Shown piece after piece: positions 1 to 10,630 of a stretch of 64,000 bases of DNA. The notes beneath the pieces were generated by a model, which searched no databases, was not told the DNA's origin, and saw only the letters and a program-made list of their open reading frames with translations. The position numbers were made by a program, and so were the translations under genes. How positions within the stretch are numbered: the stretch's first letter is position 1; every line of letters begins with the position of its first letter. This DNA comes from Hyphomicrobiaceae bacterium (lineage in GTDB: Bacteria > Pseudomonadota > Alphaproteobacteria > Rhizobiales > Hyphomicrobiaceae): positions 292,023 through 356,022 of the forward strand of contig JAWKVX010000006.1 in the NCBI GenBank assembly GCA_041397825.1. The letters are read 5' to 3'.

Positions 1-429
1 GCGCTCGAGCTGGATGATCTGGTCGTGATCCGTGAGGTTGACGCTGTAGGCCGTGACCGGCACGCCCTTGGCGCCATGTGTCAGCTGTAGGGAGCGTCCG
101 ACCATCAGATCGAGCGTCGCCTTCCAGTTCATGGTCGGCGAGAACAGCTTGATGACCAGCCGCTTGTCCATGCCCTCCTTGTTTTCCCAGAGGTCGGCAC
201 GATACCCGAGCAGGCCGACGCGCTCGCCCCCCTCCTTGACCTCCGCGAAGATGTCCATGTCGCTGGTGAACTGGCGCGATTTGGCGCGATTGCGGCTGCG
301 CTTGAAGAATCCGACCTCGGTGGTGTTGAGGTCGGTGATCCAGAGGTCAACCTCGAACGTGCGCCAGCCGGTCTTCCGGGCCGCCGCTTTCGACTTTGCC
401 TTTGCGGTCTTCGGTTCGGTCCCTGCCAT
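1..429 (-). CDS. hypothetical protein, N-terminal 143 codons (gene continues beyond window start)
   Basis: ATG at 429-427, stop-free in frame to base 1, G/C-rich third positions. Begins MAGTEPKTAKAKSKAAARKTGWRTFEVDLW. Not in ORF track because no stop lies in the window. No family recognised. Confidence 0.45.
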   Translation of the reverse strand, partial: MAGTEPKTAKAKSKAAARKTGWRTFEVDLWITDLNTTEVGFFKRSRNRAKSRQFTSDMDIFAEVKEGGERVGLLGYRADLWENKEGMDKRLVIKLFSPTMNWKATLDLMVGRSLQLTHGAKGVPVTAYSVNLTDHDQIIQLER

Positions 430-535
430 TAGTGCAATGCCCCCTTTGCCGATCCGCCCGCCGGGAGCGAATCACTTTGCGCGAGTTTAGCAGGGGCTGG
501 GGCGAGGCAAGCGGCGAAGGCGGTCGCCTCTGTGG

Positions 536-1945
536 CTACTTCGCCACCCTGACGAAGGGCATGAGGATGAGCCCGTGATAGAGAAAAGCGAGCACAACCA
601 CGACGCCCATCCGGGTGTCGCCCGTCGCCGAAGTCAGTAGCACGATGAGGATCGGAGCCAGGAACGAGGTAGCCTTGCCCGAAAAGGCATAGAAGCCGAA
701 GAATTGAGCGAGCTTCTCGGGAGGCGACAGCCGCGCCATCAGGCTGCGGCTCGACGAGTTGAGTGGCCCGGCGACGACGCCGACCAGGATGGCACTCACC
801 AGGAACACCCATTCGCCTGCCGAAGACATGAAGCCTGAGCCGGCCACTTTGGCGGCGACGGGAATGACGAACAGTACGTGCTCGGCCGTGATCGAGACGA
901 CGCCGATGGCTCCCAGGATGGCGATCAAGAGACAGATCATGATGAGCGCTTTAGCGCCGAGCCGGCTCTCGATAACGCTCGCCAACGCCGCGCCGATCAT
1001 GGCGCAGAGGATCAGAACGATGCCGAACAGGCCGGAATCCACCGTTCGCCAGCCGAAGAGCTGGATTCCGTAGATGCCCGCCAATGCGAACATGCCGCCG
1101 AGGCCATCCTGGTAGAGCATGCGGGCGATGAGAAACGTCGCCGCCGAGCCGTACTGGCGTATGTCGCGCGCCGTCTGCCGAAGCGCCCGCAACCCATCCC
1201 GCACGGGTGTCGACGAGGCCGTCGGCGTTCTCGGATCGGGCGTGAAGAGGAAGAACGGCAAGGCGAAGACCACGAACCACAGCGCGATCAGAGGCCCGAC
1301 GATGCGGTCGCTCTCGAAGCGTGTCACATCCAGCTTGAGAAGAGGCTCGAGACCAAGCAGCGTCTTTCCCGTTGTTGCGTCGACGGCAATGAAGGCCGTC
1401 ATCAGAATGAGAGCCGTCAGGCCACCCAGATAGGCAACGGCTGCCGAAATGCCGGACAATCGTCCGAAATGGACGGGCTGCACGAGCTTCGGCATGATGG
1501 CGTTGACGAAAGCGCCGTTGAGCTCGGCGGCCAGGCCTGCGATGACATAGGCCGCCGCGACCAGCCAGAAGAACTCCATCCGGCCCGGCTCTGCCAGCCA
1601 CAGTGTCGCCATGCCGGCGGCCATGCAGAGAGAAGCCAAGAGCACCCAGGGTTTTCTCCGGCCGCTGGCGTCCGCCATCGCACCGAGCACAGGGCTCAGC
1701 ACGGCGACGAGCAGGCCCATGACCGCCGCCATTGCCAGCCAGGTGTTCTGGCCGCGGAGCGGGTCGCCGATGAAGTAGTTGGCAAAGAACGGGCCGAACA
1801 AGAAGGTCGTGATGACGGAATAGAAGGGCTGTTGCGCCAGTTCGAACAGCACCCAGCTGACGATGCCAAGCTTGCCGACCTTGTCGTCACTGTCGCTCGC
1901 GGCTGCCGTGCCGTCGATCGGCACCACCGTGCTCTCAATTGTCAT
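536..1945 (-). CDS. MFS transporter (UMF1/Atg22-like family)
   Basis: 469-aa ORF with about 12 hydrophobic helices. N-terminal GIVSWVLFELAQQPFYSVITTFLFGPFFANYF resembles UMF1-type MFS permeases. Confidence 0.8.
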   Translation of the reverse strand: MTIESTVVPIDGTAAASDSDDKVGKLGIVSWVLFELAQQPFYSVITTFLFGPFFANYFIGDPLRGQNTWLAMAAVMGLLVAVLSPVLGAMADASGRRKPWVLLASLCMAAGMATLWLAEPGRMEFFWLVAAAYVIAGLAAELNGAFVNAIMPKLVQPVHFGRLSGISAAVAYLGGLTALILMTAFIAVDATTGKTLLGLEPLLKLDVTRFESDRIVGPLIALWFVVFALPFFLFTPDPRTPTASSTPVRDGLRALRQTARDIRQYGSAATFLIARMLYQDGLGGMFALAGIYGIQLFGWRTVDSGLFGIVLILCAMIGAALASVIESRLGAKALIMICLLIAILGAIGVVSITAEHVLFVIPVAAKVAGSGFMSSAGEWVFLVSAILVGVVAGPLNSSSRSLMARLSPPEKLAQFFGFYAFSGKATSFLAPILIVLLTSATGDTRMGVVVVLAFLYHGLILMPFVRVAK

Positions 1946-1961
1946 GACGACCCCCCGGTCC

Positions 1962-4900
1962 TCAGCTGTGCACCAGGTCGCGGAGCTGTGCCGCCGCGAC
2001 CGTCAATCTGGCCAGTGTCGGTGCGCCGCTGTCGATGATCTCATCCAAGCTGACCTTGGCCCGATCCGCCGCCTTGCCGTGGCGGTCGAGCCATCGTTTG
2101 AAGCTCGGCTCGTCATCTTTCGACGCCCGCGCGATGTCCTCGAGCACAGCCCGTTGCGCGTCCGACAGGATAGACAGGCTCGAATTGACCGCCAAGCGGT
2201 CGAAATAGTCGGTGAGCGGCATCGATTCGGCCGCCTCCCGAAGGGTATCTAACCGGAAATGCGATCCAACCTCGGTATAGAGGCGCACCAACATGGGCAC
2301 CGGCCGCCCCGTTGCGCGGGCGACGGCCACGATATCCGTTCCGCTGCCGAGACGGTCCAATAGCGCGATCTCGCGCGCCAGATCCTCTGGCACACCCTCC
2401 GCAACGTAGCGATTGGTCCGCTCGGCCCGGACTTTCGCCTCATCGGCCGACAAGCCTTCGCCCATGATCGGCCGCATCGCGTCGATGCCTGGCTTGAACA
2501 ACCCGACCAGCGCTCCAAGCCCATCGCCGAGCTGGGCGCGCCGCAGGAACCAGTGCGACTGGCGCCTGACGAGGTTCTGACATGCCCGATAGAGCTCGAG
2601 CTGCAGCGTTGCCGGCACGGCACTATCCAGCTTGTCGATGCGTGACCACAGACTTTCGAGGTCGAAAACCTTCACCACCGCCGCGAAGGCCGTGACGATC
2701 GTCGCGGGCAAATGGCCCGTTTCTTCCTCGAGGCGCACCACGAAGGTGGAGCCGCCCCGGTTGATGGCGTTGTTCGTCAGCACGGTGGCGATGATCTCGC
2801 GGCGCAGACGATGCGCATCGATCGCCGCCACCCAGTCCCGCTGCATCGTCGTCGGAAAGTAGCCGTGCAGCAGGTCCGCAAGTTGCGGGTCATCCGGCAG
2901 GTTGCTGGCCAGAAGGTGCCGTGACAGAGAGATCTTGGCATAGCTCAACAGGACGGCAAGCTCCGGTCTCGTCAGTGCCTCCACGGTCTTGATGCGCTCC
3001 GAGATCTGCCGATCGGTCGGCAACGCTTCAAGGCCGCGGTCGAGGAGACCCTCCTGCTCCAGATCGCGGATCAGTCGCTGTTGGAAACCGATATCTGCAA
3101 GCCCGCGGCTTTCGCCGAGGCTCAGCGACAAGCTTTGTTGATAGTTGTTCTCGAGACAGGCCTCCGCCACCTCGCCCGTCATGGCGACGAGCACCGCGTT
3201 CCGTGCGTCTAGGTCGAGCCGGCCCGAGCGGAGCAGCGGGCCGAAGGCGATCTTGATGTTCACCTCCTGGTCCGAGGAGTTGACGCCCGCCGAGTTGTCG
3301 ATGAAGTCGGCATTGACCTTGCCGCCAGCCTTGGCGAACTCGATCCGGCCGCGATGCGTAAGGCCGAGATTGGCACCCTCCCCGATCACTTTGACTCGAA
3401 GCTCGCTGGCCGTGATCCGGACGGAATCATTGGCCCGGTCGCCGACCTGCTCGTCGGTCTCGGTCGTGGCGCGCACATAGGTGCCGATGCCGCCGAGCCA
3501 GAGGAGATCGGCCGGCGCCTTGAGAATGGCATTGATCAGCGCACTCGGCGTCAAGGTCGTCTCGGCCGAGCCGAGCAGACGCTGCATTTCCGCTGACACC
3601 GGAATTGACTTCGACGAGCGCGAAAAGACGCCGCCACCGTTCGAGATCAGCGCCTTGTCGTAGTCCTGCCAGCTCGATCGTGGCAGTTGGAACAATCGCT
3701 GCCTCTCCCCGAAGCTCGCGGCAGCATCCGGCTCCGGATCGATGAAGATGTCGCGGTGATCGAAGGCCGCGACCAGCCTGATCTCCTTCGAGAGCAGCAT
3801 GCCGTTGCCGAACACGTCACCCGACATGTCGCCGATGCCGATGACCCGGAACGGCATCGTCTGAATGTCCGTGCCGAGCTCGCGGAAATGTCGCTTCACG
3901 CATTCCCATGCGCCGCGGGCGGTGATCGCCATCTTCTTGTGGTCGTAGCCGGCCGAGCCACCGGAGGCGAAGGCATCACCGAGCCAGAATCCGCGCCGTA
4001 CCGCGATGCTGTTGGCGAAATCCGAGAAGGTCGCCGTGCCCTTGTCGGCGGCGACGACGAGATAAGGGTCGTCCTGATCGTGCCGGACGACATCCCTGGG
4101 CGGAACGATCACATCGTCGACGATGTTGTCTGTGAGATCGAGTAAACTCGAGACGAAAATCTCGTAGGCGGCGACGCCCTCCTTCATGAACGCCTCGCGA
4201 TCGCCCTTCACCGGCAGGCGCTTCGGCAGGAAACCGCCCTTGGCACCCTGAGGGACGATCACCGTGTTCTTCACCTGCTGGGCCTTGACCAATCCCAGGA
4301 CCTCGGTGCGGAAATCCAGGGCCCGATCGGACCATCTGAGGCCGCCACGAGCAATGGGCGCAAATCTGAGATGGACCCCTTCGACGCGTGGGGCGTAGAT
4401 CCAGATCTCGGCATACGGTCGTGGTTCGGGCATGCCGTCGACCTCGGCACTCCTGAGCTTGACCGCAAGCGCCGGCAACCGGCCGCCGGCGGCGTCTCGC
4501 ACAAAGAAGTTCGTGCGCAGCGTCGATTGGATCAGATTGAGCATGTGGCGAAGGATGCGATCCTCGTCGAGGCTCGGGATCGAGGCCAGCGCCTCTTCGA
4601 TCCTGACCCGGATGGCCGCCGCAGCATCGGCCCGCGCCTCCGCCGCCAACCCTGACGAGGGATCGAGCCGACAGCCGAACAGATCCATCAGGAGGCGCGT
4701 GACCGAGGCATGCGTGGTCAGCGCTTGCGCAATGTCCGCCGGAGTGAACGGCAGCCGCAATTGCCGCAAATAGGCGCCATAGGCCCGGAATATCTCGGCG
4801 CGACGCCAGTCCAATCCGGCAGCCAGAATGAGACGGTTGAAACCATCACTCTCGGCGTCGCCCCGCCATACGGCGAGAAACGCCTCCTCCAGGCGAAGAT

Positions 4901-6752
4901 CCTCATCACCGAGCACGATCGGCCGATTGCCCGGCGTCTCCAGCACCATATCGTGCAGGCGAACGTCGCGGGTCCCGTCATCGAAGGATGGCCGCATCCG
5001 ATAAGAACGCTCGTCGATGACCCGGAAGCCGAAGTTCTCGAGCACCGGCACGCGGTCGCTGAGCGGAATCGGCGGACCGAGCCGGTAGATGGCGACGCGC
5101 ACACGGCCAGTATCGGCCGTCTCGTCGTCGTAGAAGTCGATCGCCACGGGCTCCTGGTCGGTCAGAACCTCGACACGGGCGATGTCCTGCAGCGCCCGTT
5201 CTGGTCCGAAGGTCTCGCGATAGCCGGCTGAGAACGCGTTGCCGTACTTGTTGAACAGCGCACGAGCCCGGTCGTCGTCACCCGCGTGGATCGCCGTCGC
5301 CAGCCGATCCTGCCAGCTTTGAACGATGCCACGGATCGCCTCCTCGAGCGTCGCCGGATCGGGACGCGGTGTCGGGCCTTCCGTCCGCGCGATCACGAAA
5401 TGCGTGCGAACGAGTGGCCCTTCGAGGAAGTGCGGCGTGAAGGCGGCAAGCCGGCCCTGATAGGCATCGCACAGCAGTTGCGCGATCCGCTGCCGGACCT
5501 CGGTCGAAAAGCGGTCCCGAGGCACATAGACGAGCGCAGTGACGAACCGGTCGAACTCGTCGATGCGCGGAAACACGCGAATGCGCGGCCTGAGATCGAG
5601 ATCGAGGATCTCGAGCGCCCACTCTCGCAGCTGCTCGACGGAGATCTGGAACAATTCGTCGCGCGGATAGGTCTCGATGATGTTCAGCAGCACCTTGCCA
5701 TTGTGGCTATCCGGCGGAAAGCCGGAGGCTGCGATCACCCGGTCGGCCTTGTTTCGGAGGAACGGAATGGCACGAACCGAGCGCGTATAGGCGGCCGACG
5801 TGAAGAGACCGACGATGCGCAGCTCGCCCGTCACCCGCCCATCCTCGCCGAACAGCTTGGCGCCGATATAGTCGAGATGCGTTCGGCGATGCACCTTGGC
5901 CAGCGTGTTGGCTTTGGAGACGATGAGAACGGTCGGCTGCTGGTAGAAACGGCGGATCTCGGGCGTCAGGTGAACCATCTCGTTGCCCCGCCGCAGGACC
6001 CTGACCTCGGGGTTGCGGAGGACGCCGAGCCCCTGTTCCGGCAGCACGTCGAGCGTTCCGCTCTCTACGTCGCCGGCGAGCGAGAACTCACGCATGCCCA
6101 GAAAGGTGAAGTGACCGGCCTCGAGCCATTCGAGAAAAGCGATGCTCTCGGCACGCTCCGCATCGCTCACCGGCATGGCTGAGCGATGATACGTCTGGAT
6201 CAGACCGCGAACGCGCTGGAGCATCGGTTGCCAGTCGGCGACCGCACTGCGGACCTGCTCGAGAATGCCGCCCAGCTCTTCCGTCAGATCGGCGGCGATG
6301 GCGTCGTCGATCGGCTCGAGATAGATCTGAATGAAGCTTTCCTGGTCTTTCTGCCACTGCTTGTCGCCAGGGGCGGTCACAGCCTCGAGCCGTCCACCGG
6401 CGCCGCGCCGGGTCTTGAAGATCGGATGCAACACCTGTTGCACGGTGCAATCCCGGGCCAGCACCTCCGCTGTGACCGAATCGACGAGGAAGGGCATGTC
6501 GTCGTTCAGCAGCTCGATGACGGTCGATGCCCGAGCCGGCACTCCGACCTGCCGATAGCGAACCTTGTGTCGGCCCACGGGCTTCTCGGCGATGAACTCC
6601 GCAGCCGCGATTGCGATCTCACCGAGCGAGGCCTCGCCCAGCCGGCTGACGAGCTGCGGATCGGCATCCTGGAACAAGAGCTGAGTGAAAAGATCCAGGC
6701 CCGACGTCTTGGGGCGGCCGCGCGCGAGCTTGGCGAGAAGGGCATCCAACAT
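1962..6752 (-). CDS. gdhB: NAD-specific glutamate dehydrogenase, large (~1600 aa) form
   Basis: Part of the 1733-aa ORF. Size and sequence (MLDALLAKLARG..., ...GGLRWSDR..., GANLGLT) match the giant bacterial NAD-GDH family. Start set at internal ATG (residue 138 of the track ORF), because the upstream extension overlaps the divergent desaturase gene. Confidence 0.9.
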   Translation of the reverse strand: MLDALLAKLARGRPKTSGLDLFTQLLFQDADPQLVSRLGEASLGEIAIAAAEFIAEKPVGRHKVRYRQVGVPARASTVIELLNDDMPFLVDSVTAEVLARDCTVQQVLHPIFKTRRGAGGRLEAVTAPGDKQWQKDQESFIQIYLEPIDDAIAADLTEELGGILEQVRSAVADWQPMLQRVRGLIQTYHRSAMPVSDAERAESIAFLEWLEAGHFTFLGMREFSLAGDVESGTLDVLPEQGLGVLRNPEVRVLRRGNEMVHLTPEIRRFYQQPTVLIVSKANTLAKVHRRTHLDYIGAKLFGEDGRVTGELRIVGLFTSAAYTRSVRAIPFLRNKADRVIAASGFPPDSHNGKVLLNIIETYPRDELFQISVEQLREWALEILDLDLRPRIRVFPRIDEFDRFVTALVYVPRDRFSTEVRQRIAQLLCDAYQGRLAAFTPHFLEGPLVRTHFVIARTEGPTPRPDPATLEEAIRGIVQSWQDRLATAIHAGDDDRARALFNKYGNAFSAGYRETFGPERALQDIARVEVLTDQEPVAIDFYDDETADTGRVRVAIYRLGPPIPLSDRVPVLENFGFRVIDERSYRMRPSFDDGTRDVRLHDMVLETPGNRPIVLGDEDLRLEEAFLAVWRGDAESDGFNRLILAAGLDWRRAEIFRAYGAYLRQLRLPFTPADIAQALTTHASVTRLLMDLFGCRLDPSSGLAAEARADAAAAIRVRIEEALASIPSLDEDRILRHMLNLIQSTLRTNFFVRDAAGGRLPALAVKLRSAEVDGMPEPRPYAEIWIYAPRVEGVHLRFAPIARGGLRWSDRALDFRTEVLGLVKAQQVKNTVIVPQGAKGGFLPKRLPVKGDREAFMKEGVAAYEIFVSSLLDLTDNIVDDVIVPPRDVVRHDQDDPYLVVAADKGTATFSDFANSIAVRRGFWLGDAFASGGSAGYDHKKMAITARGAWECVKRHFRELGTDIQTMPFRVIGIGDMSGDVFGNGMLLSKEIRLVAAFDHRDIFIDPEPDAAASFGERQRLFQLPRSSWQDYDKALISNGGGVFSRSSKSIPVSAEMQRLLGSAETTLTPSALINAILKAPADLLWLGGIGTYVRATTETDEQVGDRANDSVRITASELRVKVIGEGANLGLTHRGRIEFAKAGGKVNADFIDNSAGVNSSDQEVNIKIAFGPLLRSGRLDLDARNAVLVAMTGEVAEACLENNYQQSLSLSLGESRGLADIGFQQRLIRDLEQEGLLDRGLEALPTDRQISERIKTVEALTRPELAVLLSYAKISLSRHLLASNLPDDPQLADLLHGYFPTTMQRDWVAAIDAHRLRREIIATVLTNNAINRGGSTFVVRLEEETGHLPATIVTAFAAVVKVFDLESLWSRIDKLDSAVPATLQLELYRACQNLVRRQSHWFLRRAQLGDGLGALVGLFKPGIDAMRPIMGEGLSADEAKVRAERTNRYVAEGVPEDLAREIALLDRLGSGTDIVAVARATGRPVPMLVRLYTEVGSHFRLDTLREAAESMPLTDYFDRLAVNSSLSILSDAQRAVLEDIARASKDDEPSFKRWLDRHGKAADRAKVSLDEIIDSGAPTLARLTVAAAQLRDLVHS

Positions 6753-6927
6753 GCGGGAACCTTGTCTGCTGATGGGATGGCGACGGCCGTCCCCGAATTC
6801 TGGCCCCGGACGATGACGTTGACAATGCAGAAGCCCCCGTCCGGGGATCGCCTCTGGATACCGCTTGCCAGCGACCGGCGGCTGGACCCATGATGCCGGC
6901 CATGCGAGCCGCTGAGTGCGTTCAACC

Positions 6928-7893
6928 ATGCCCGACGAGATAACGCACCGGGAAGCCCTGGCCGCCATCTCCGAAGCCGATCTTGTCGGTCTCAAGGCTC
7001 TCGAGAATGGACCGGGTCTCCGGCATCTCGGGGCGCATCTTGGCGCGATCGGCCTAACGACCGCGGCCATCCTGTCGACCGACACGCCCCTGCTGCTCGT
7101 GCCGCTTCTGGTGCTGCACGGAATACTCCTGATCTTCCTTTTCACCCCCCTGCACGAGACCATTCACGGCACCGCCTTTCGAACAGCGTGGCTCAACGAC
7201 GCCGTCTCGCACCTCCTCGGCTTCCTCATCCTGTTGCCGCCCCGTTGGTTTCGCTACTTCCATCTCGCTCATCACCGCCACACCCAGGATCCGCAAAACG
7301 ATCCTGAGCTTTCCTCGCCGAAACCGCGCTCCATTGGCCAATATCTCTGGCGTCTGACAGGGATCAGCTACTGGACGAGCGAGGTCAGGCTTATCGCGAC
7401 CGCAGCGGCCGGACATGTGTCAGACCCCTTCGTTCCTCCCAAGGGACGGCCCAAGGTCATTATCGAATGTCGCGCCTTTCTCGCTGGCTATCTCCTGCTC
7501 GGCCTCGCCTCCGTGTGGCTCGGGACCGGGCTGCTCATCTGGCTCTGGGTGTTGCCTGCAATCCTCGGTCAGCCCTTCCTCAGGGCCTATCTCATGGCCG
7601 AGCACACAGGTCTTCCACTGGTTTCCAACATGCTGTCGAACAGCCGCACGGTGTTCGCTTCGTGGCCCGTGCAGTGGCTCGCCTGGAACATGCCGCACCA
7701 TGCCGCTCATCATGCCTTGCCGGTCGTTCCCTTTCACCGGTTGCCGGCACTGACCGCCAGGATCAGGCAACATCTGCGCGCCACTGCCGACGGATATCCC
7801 GAAGCCCACCGGCAGATCCGTGGGTCCTTCGGCGCGCAGTCGGTCGGGCGAGGACTGACGCCAGACGGCGGCTCTAATATGTCAAACGAATGA
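6928..7893 (+). CDS. fatty acid desaturase family protein (membrane di-iron)
   Basis: Three histidine boxes HETIH, HLAHHRH and HHAAHH plus hydrophobic segments. ATG at 6928 preferred over GTG at 6916. Confidence 0.8.
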   Translation: MPDEITHREALAAISEADLVGLKALENGPGLRHLGAHLGAIGLTTAAILSTDTPLLLVPLLVLHGILLIFLFTPLHETIHGTAFRTAWLNDAVSHLLGFLILLPPRWFRYFHLAHHRHTQDPQNDPELSSPKPRSIGQYLWRLTGISYWTSEVRLIATAAAGHVSDPFVPPKGRPKVIIECRAFLAGYLLLGLASVWLGTGLLIWLWVLPAILGQPFLRAYLMAEHTGLPLVSNMLSNSRTVFASWPVQWLAWNMPHHAAHHALPVVPFHRLPALTARIRQHLRATADGYPEAHRQIRGSFGAQSVGRGLTPDGGSNMSNE

Positions 7894-7991
7894 TTTATCC
7901 CCAATTTTGCCCCGATCTCGACCGACTCATCACCTAAGCGCCTTGGCATTGCCCGACGCCATCGTGCAATGTGCCCAGGGAGAGCGGGTAA

Positions 7992-9989
7992 GTGGGAATG
8001 TCGGTCGAGCAGTCACTGGTCGAGCTATTTGGCACGGGCGCTTTGTCGTTGACGGCATCGCTCGGCGGTCGAGGTCGCGCGGGCATCTTGCCGGAGGATG
8101 GCGATGCGTTCGTGCGCTTCCTGATCGCCGCCGGTCCCGAGACCAATCCCGCAGACGCACTTGCGCACTTTGCTCGGGAAGTCAAAGCCGAGATTGCCTC
8201 CGCTCACCTCGATCTCGACGATGTCCCCCGGATCGCCGCGCGACTGGCGACGCTGGTCGGCGAGTTTCCGATCTCGCCTGTCATGGCCCGGGAGGCGCTT
8301 CAGCACCAACGTATGCATGGCGGTCGCCGGAACGGCAGCGAGCCACCGGCGATGCGCCTTGCCGAGCATATCGTCACCCGAGCCGAGGCCGAGGGCGCGC
8401 TCGATCGTCTTGGGATCGACGCCCTCCCTGCCGTTGCCGTGCTCGAGGGCCTGTTCCGGGCGCTGTTGACTTCCGACGACATGCTGGATGCCGCGGTCGC
8501 GGTCAGCGCGCCTTACCGGCGCGAGCCCGACGAGCCCTCACCGGCCGATCCTGAGGAGATCTTCGCTGCCACCGCAGAAGAAGAGGCCGCCGCTCCGACC
8601 GACGACGGCCTGCCGAGCGAGCTTCGCGAGCTCGTCCGCCGGGTCGCGGACCATGCCGACGTTCCGCCCGCATTTCTGGCGAGCCTGCTGCAGCATTTCG
8701 CTGCCCGCGATTTCCCGCGCGACCGGCTCGAATGGGCCCTCGAGCAGAAGGCGAAGGCCTATCGCGAGCTGAAGTCGGAAGCGGAACGCCCGATCGAGGC
8801 CGATCTGACGGTCCAGAGGCTTCGTGCCGAATCCTTGGCCTGTCTTGCCGATGGGCAAATCGAGCAAGCCGAGTTCACGCTGTCGGGCGCGTTGAGCAAG
8901 GCCATGACGGATGGTCTTGCCCATCCTGGTCCGGGCAGTACCACCGCGCAGATCCTGGCCCTCCAAGGCCGCATCGCAGAGATTCGCCTCGCCTATCGGG
9001 AGGCAGGCTCTCGCTACGAGACCGCCGCCAGCGATCCCGCCGTGGAGACGGATCGGACTTGGCATTGGTCGCTCCTCATGAGGCAAGCGGCGGCGCTGCA
9101 GCGCGAAGCCGAGGAGTTCGGCGATTTCAGCGCGCTCGGCCAGGCCGTGATCGTGCTCGCGCAGGCGCTCGATGTCGTCCCGTTGGCCACGGCGCCGCTC
9201 AATCACGCAACGACCCAACGGACGCTGGGTGATGCTCTGCTGGCCCTCGGCTCACATGAGAAGAACTTCACAGAGCTCGGCGCTGCCGCGGACTGCTACA
9301 GCGTCGCCCAGAACATTCTCAGTCGCACCGAGGCGCCCACCGACTGGGCCCGACTCGAGGCCGGTCGGGGCTTGGTCTACCTTCGCAAGGGCGACATCGA
9401 GGCGTCACGCAACAACGCCGAGAAAGCCATCGAGCATTTCAAGAATGCCCTCACCGTGTTCCGGCGTGAGACCACGCCAGGTGATTGGGCGATGACCGAG
9501 GTCAATCTCGCGACGGCTTACAGTCGTCTCAGTGCCCACGAGGACTCGACGCGCTCACTGTCCGATGCGGTCGACGCCTACCGGCGCGTCCTCATCGACT
9601 ACCCGAGAGGCGAGCAGCCGGCGGAGTATGCCCGGCTTCAGAGCAACCTCGGCAATGTCCTGGCCGAGCTCGGTGAGCGTACCGGCGACGCGCGCTGGCT
9701 GGATCTTGCCATCACGGCGTACCGGGAGACTCTCCATGTCTGGACAAGGGAGATCGACCCGCTCAAATGGGCCCTGGGTAACGCCAACCTCGGCAACGCG
9801 CTCTGGGCCCTGGGCGAGCTCGGCGGCGATGCAGCGCTGATGCAGGAGGCGGCGACCAGCATCGTGCACTCACTCGACGTTTTCCGCGACCTCGGCGAGC
9901 AGCAGTACGAGCAGACGGCCCTCGACAACCTCCGGGCGCTGCACGAGGATCTGAAGCGCATGGCCGACAAGGTCGCGTCGTACGGCTAG
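7992..9989 (+). CDS. tetratricopeptide-repeat protein, function unknown
   Basis: 665 aa. The C-terminal half has repeated units of the form R.E..P..WA....NLG.AL (TPR_12-like). The acidic/Ala-rich N-terminal half has no recognisable catalytic motif. GGGAGAG lies upstream of GTG 7992. Confidence 0.7.
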   Translation: MGMSVEQSLVELFGTGALSLTASLGGRGRAGILPEDGDAFVRFLIAAGPETNPADALAHFAREVKAEIASAHLDLDDVPRIAARLATLVGEFPISPVMAREALQHQRMHGGRRNGSEPPAMRLAEHIVTRAEAEGALDRLGIDALPAVAVLEGLFRALLTSDDMLDAAVAVSAPYRREPDEPSPADPEEIFAATAEEEAAAPTDDGLPSELRELVRRVADHADVPPAFLASLLQHFAARDFPRDRLEWALEQKAKAYRELKSEAERPIEADLTVQRLRAESLACLADGQIEQAEFTLSGALSKAMTDGLAHPGPGSTTAQILALQGRIAEIRLAYREAGSRYETAASDPAVETDRTWHWSLLMRQAAALQREAEEFGDFSALGQAVIVLAQALDVVPLATAPLNHATTQRTLGDALLALGSHEKNFTELGAAADCYSVAQNILSRTEAPTDWARLEAGRGLVYLRKGDIEASRNNAEKAIEHFKNALTVFRRETTPGDWAMTEVNLATAYSRLSAHEDSTRSLSDAVDAYRRVLIDYPRGEQPAEYARLQSNLGNVLAELGERTGDARWLDLAITAYRETLHVWTREIDPLKWALGNANLGNALWALGELGGDAALMQEAATSIVHSLDVFRDLGEQQYEQTALDNLRALHEDLKRMADKVASYG

Positions 9990-9999
9990 TCTTCGCACC

Positions 10000-10611
10000 T
10001 CATTCCAGCACGATCAGATGATTCGGCAGCTCGTCTGGGTCGGCGCTGCCGGGCGGAAAATGTTCGGCCAGAATCCGTCCGGTGCCGTCGACTGCGTCGA
10101 TGAATCCGTCTGCCGGCCGGTTGGCTCGCATCGCCGCGATGAGACGATCGACGATCGCCTGCCAGCGTTCCTTCGCGACCTTCTCGTAGATCTCGATGTC
10201 GGCGATGACCTCGGCATAACGCTCGGCGGCCGACACGAAGATCAGGACCCCCGTCCTCCCGGCGGTGGTGTGCAGATTCTGGGCAAGAAACTGCTCGACG
10301 GCACGCCGATGTGCACGAGCATGTTTCACCGATCTCGGCACCAAGGCGTAGCGCAACGGCCGCGTCCAGACTGCCAGAGCTACGGCGAGAAAGACCGCCA
10401 GCTGGATCAGATAGACGATCTGAACAGGCAGCCATGTGAGGAAGATCAGCGGCCAAGGCACGATCATGGCAATGGCACCGGCCCACAGCAGTGGGACATA
10501 GGAGTAGGTGTCGCTTTCGACGGCGAGCACGGCGACGATCTCTCCGCTGGTGGTGCGCTCGGCCGCCTTGATCGCCTCTGCGACCTGGTCCTGCTCCTGG
10601 GCCGACAACAT
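10000..10611 (-). CDS. TPM domain-containing protein
   Basis: Internal ATG (MLSAQEQDQVAEAIKAAERTTSGEIVAVL...) with GGAGAGAGG SD. TPM-like N-terminus followed by TM helices. The 261-aa track ORF is over-extended into the upstream gene. Confidence 0.75.
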   Translation of the reverse strand: MLSAQEQDQVAEAIKAAERTTSGEIVAVLAVESDTYSYVPLLWAGAIAMIVPWPLIFLTWLPVQIVYLIQLAVFLAVALAVWTRPLRYALVPRSVKHARAHRRAVEQFLAQNLHTTAGRTGVLIFVSAAERYAEVIADIEIYEKVAKERWQAIVDRLIAAMRANRPADGFIDAVDGTGRILAEHFPPGSADPDELPNHLIVLE

Positions 10612-10630
10612 GGCCTCTCTCCTTCTGTCC

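Noticed and set aside
6753-7163. 137-codon N-terminal extension of the NAD-GDH ORF (track ORF 1962-7163)
   Set aside because: The extension is Arg/Pro/Cys-rich with no family resemblance, and it overlaps the divergent desaturase gene. The GDH family sequence begins at the internal MLDALLAKL.
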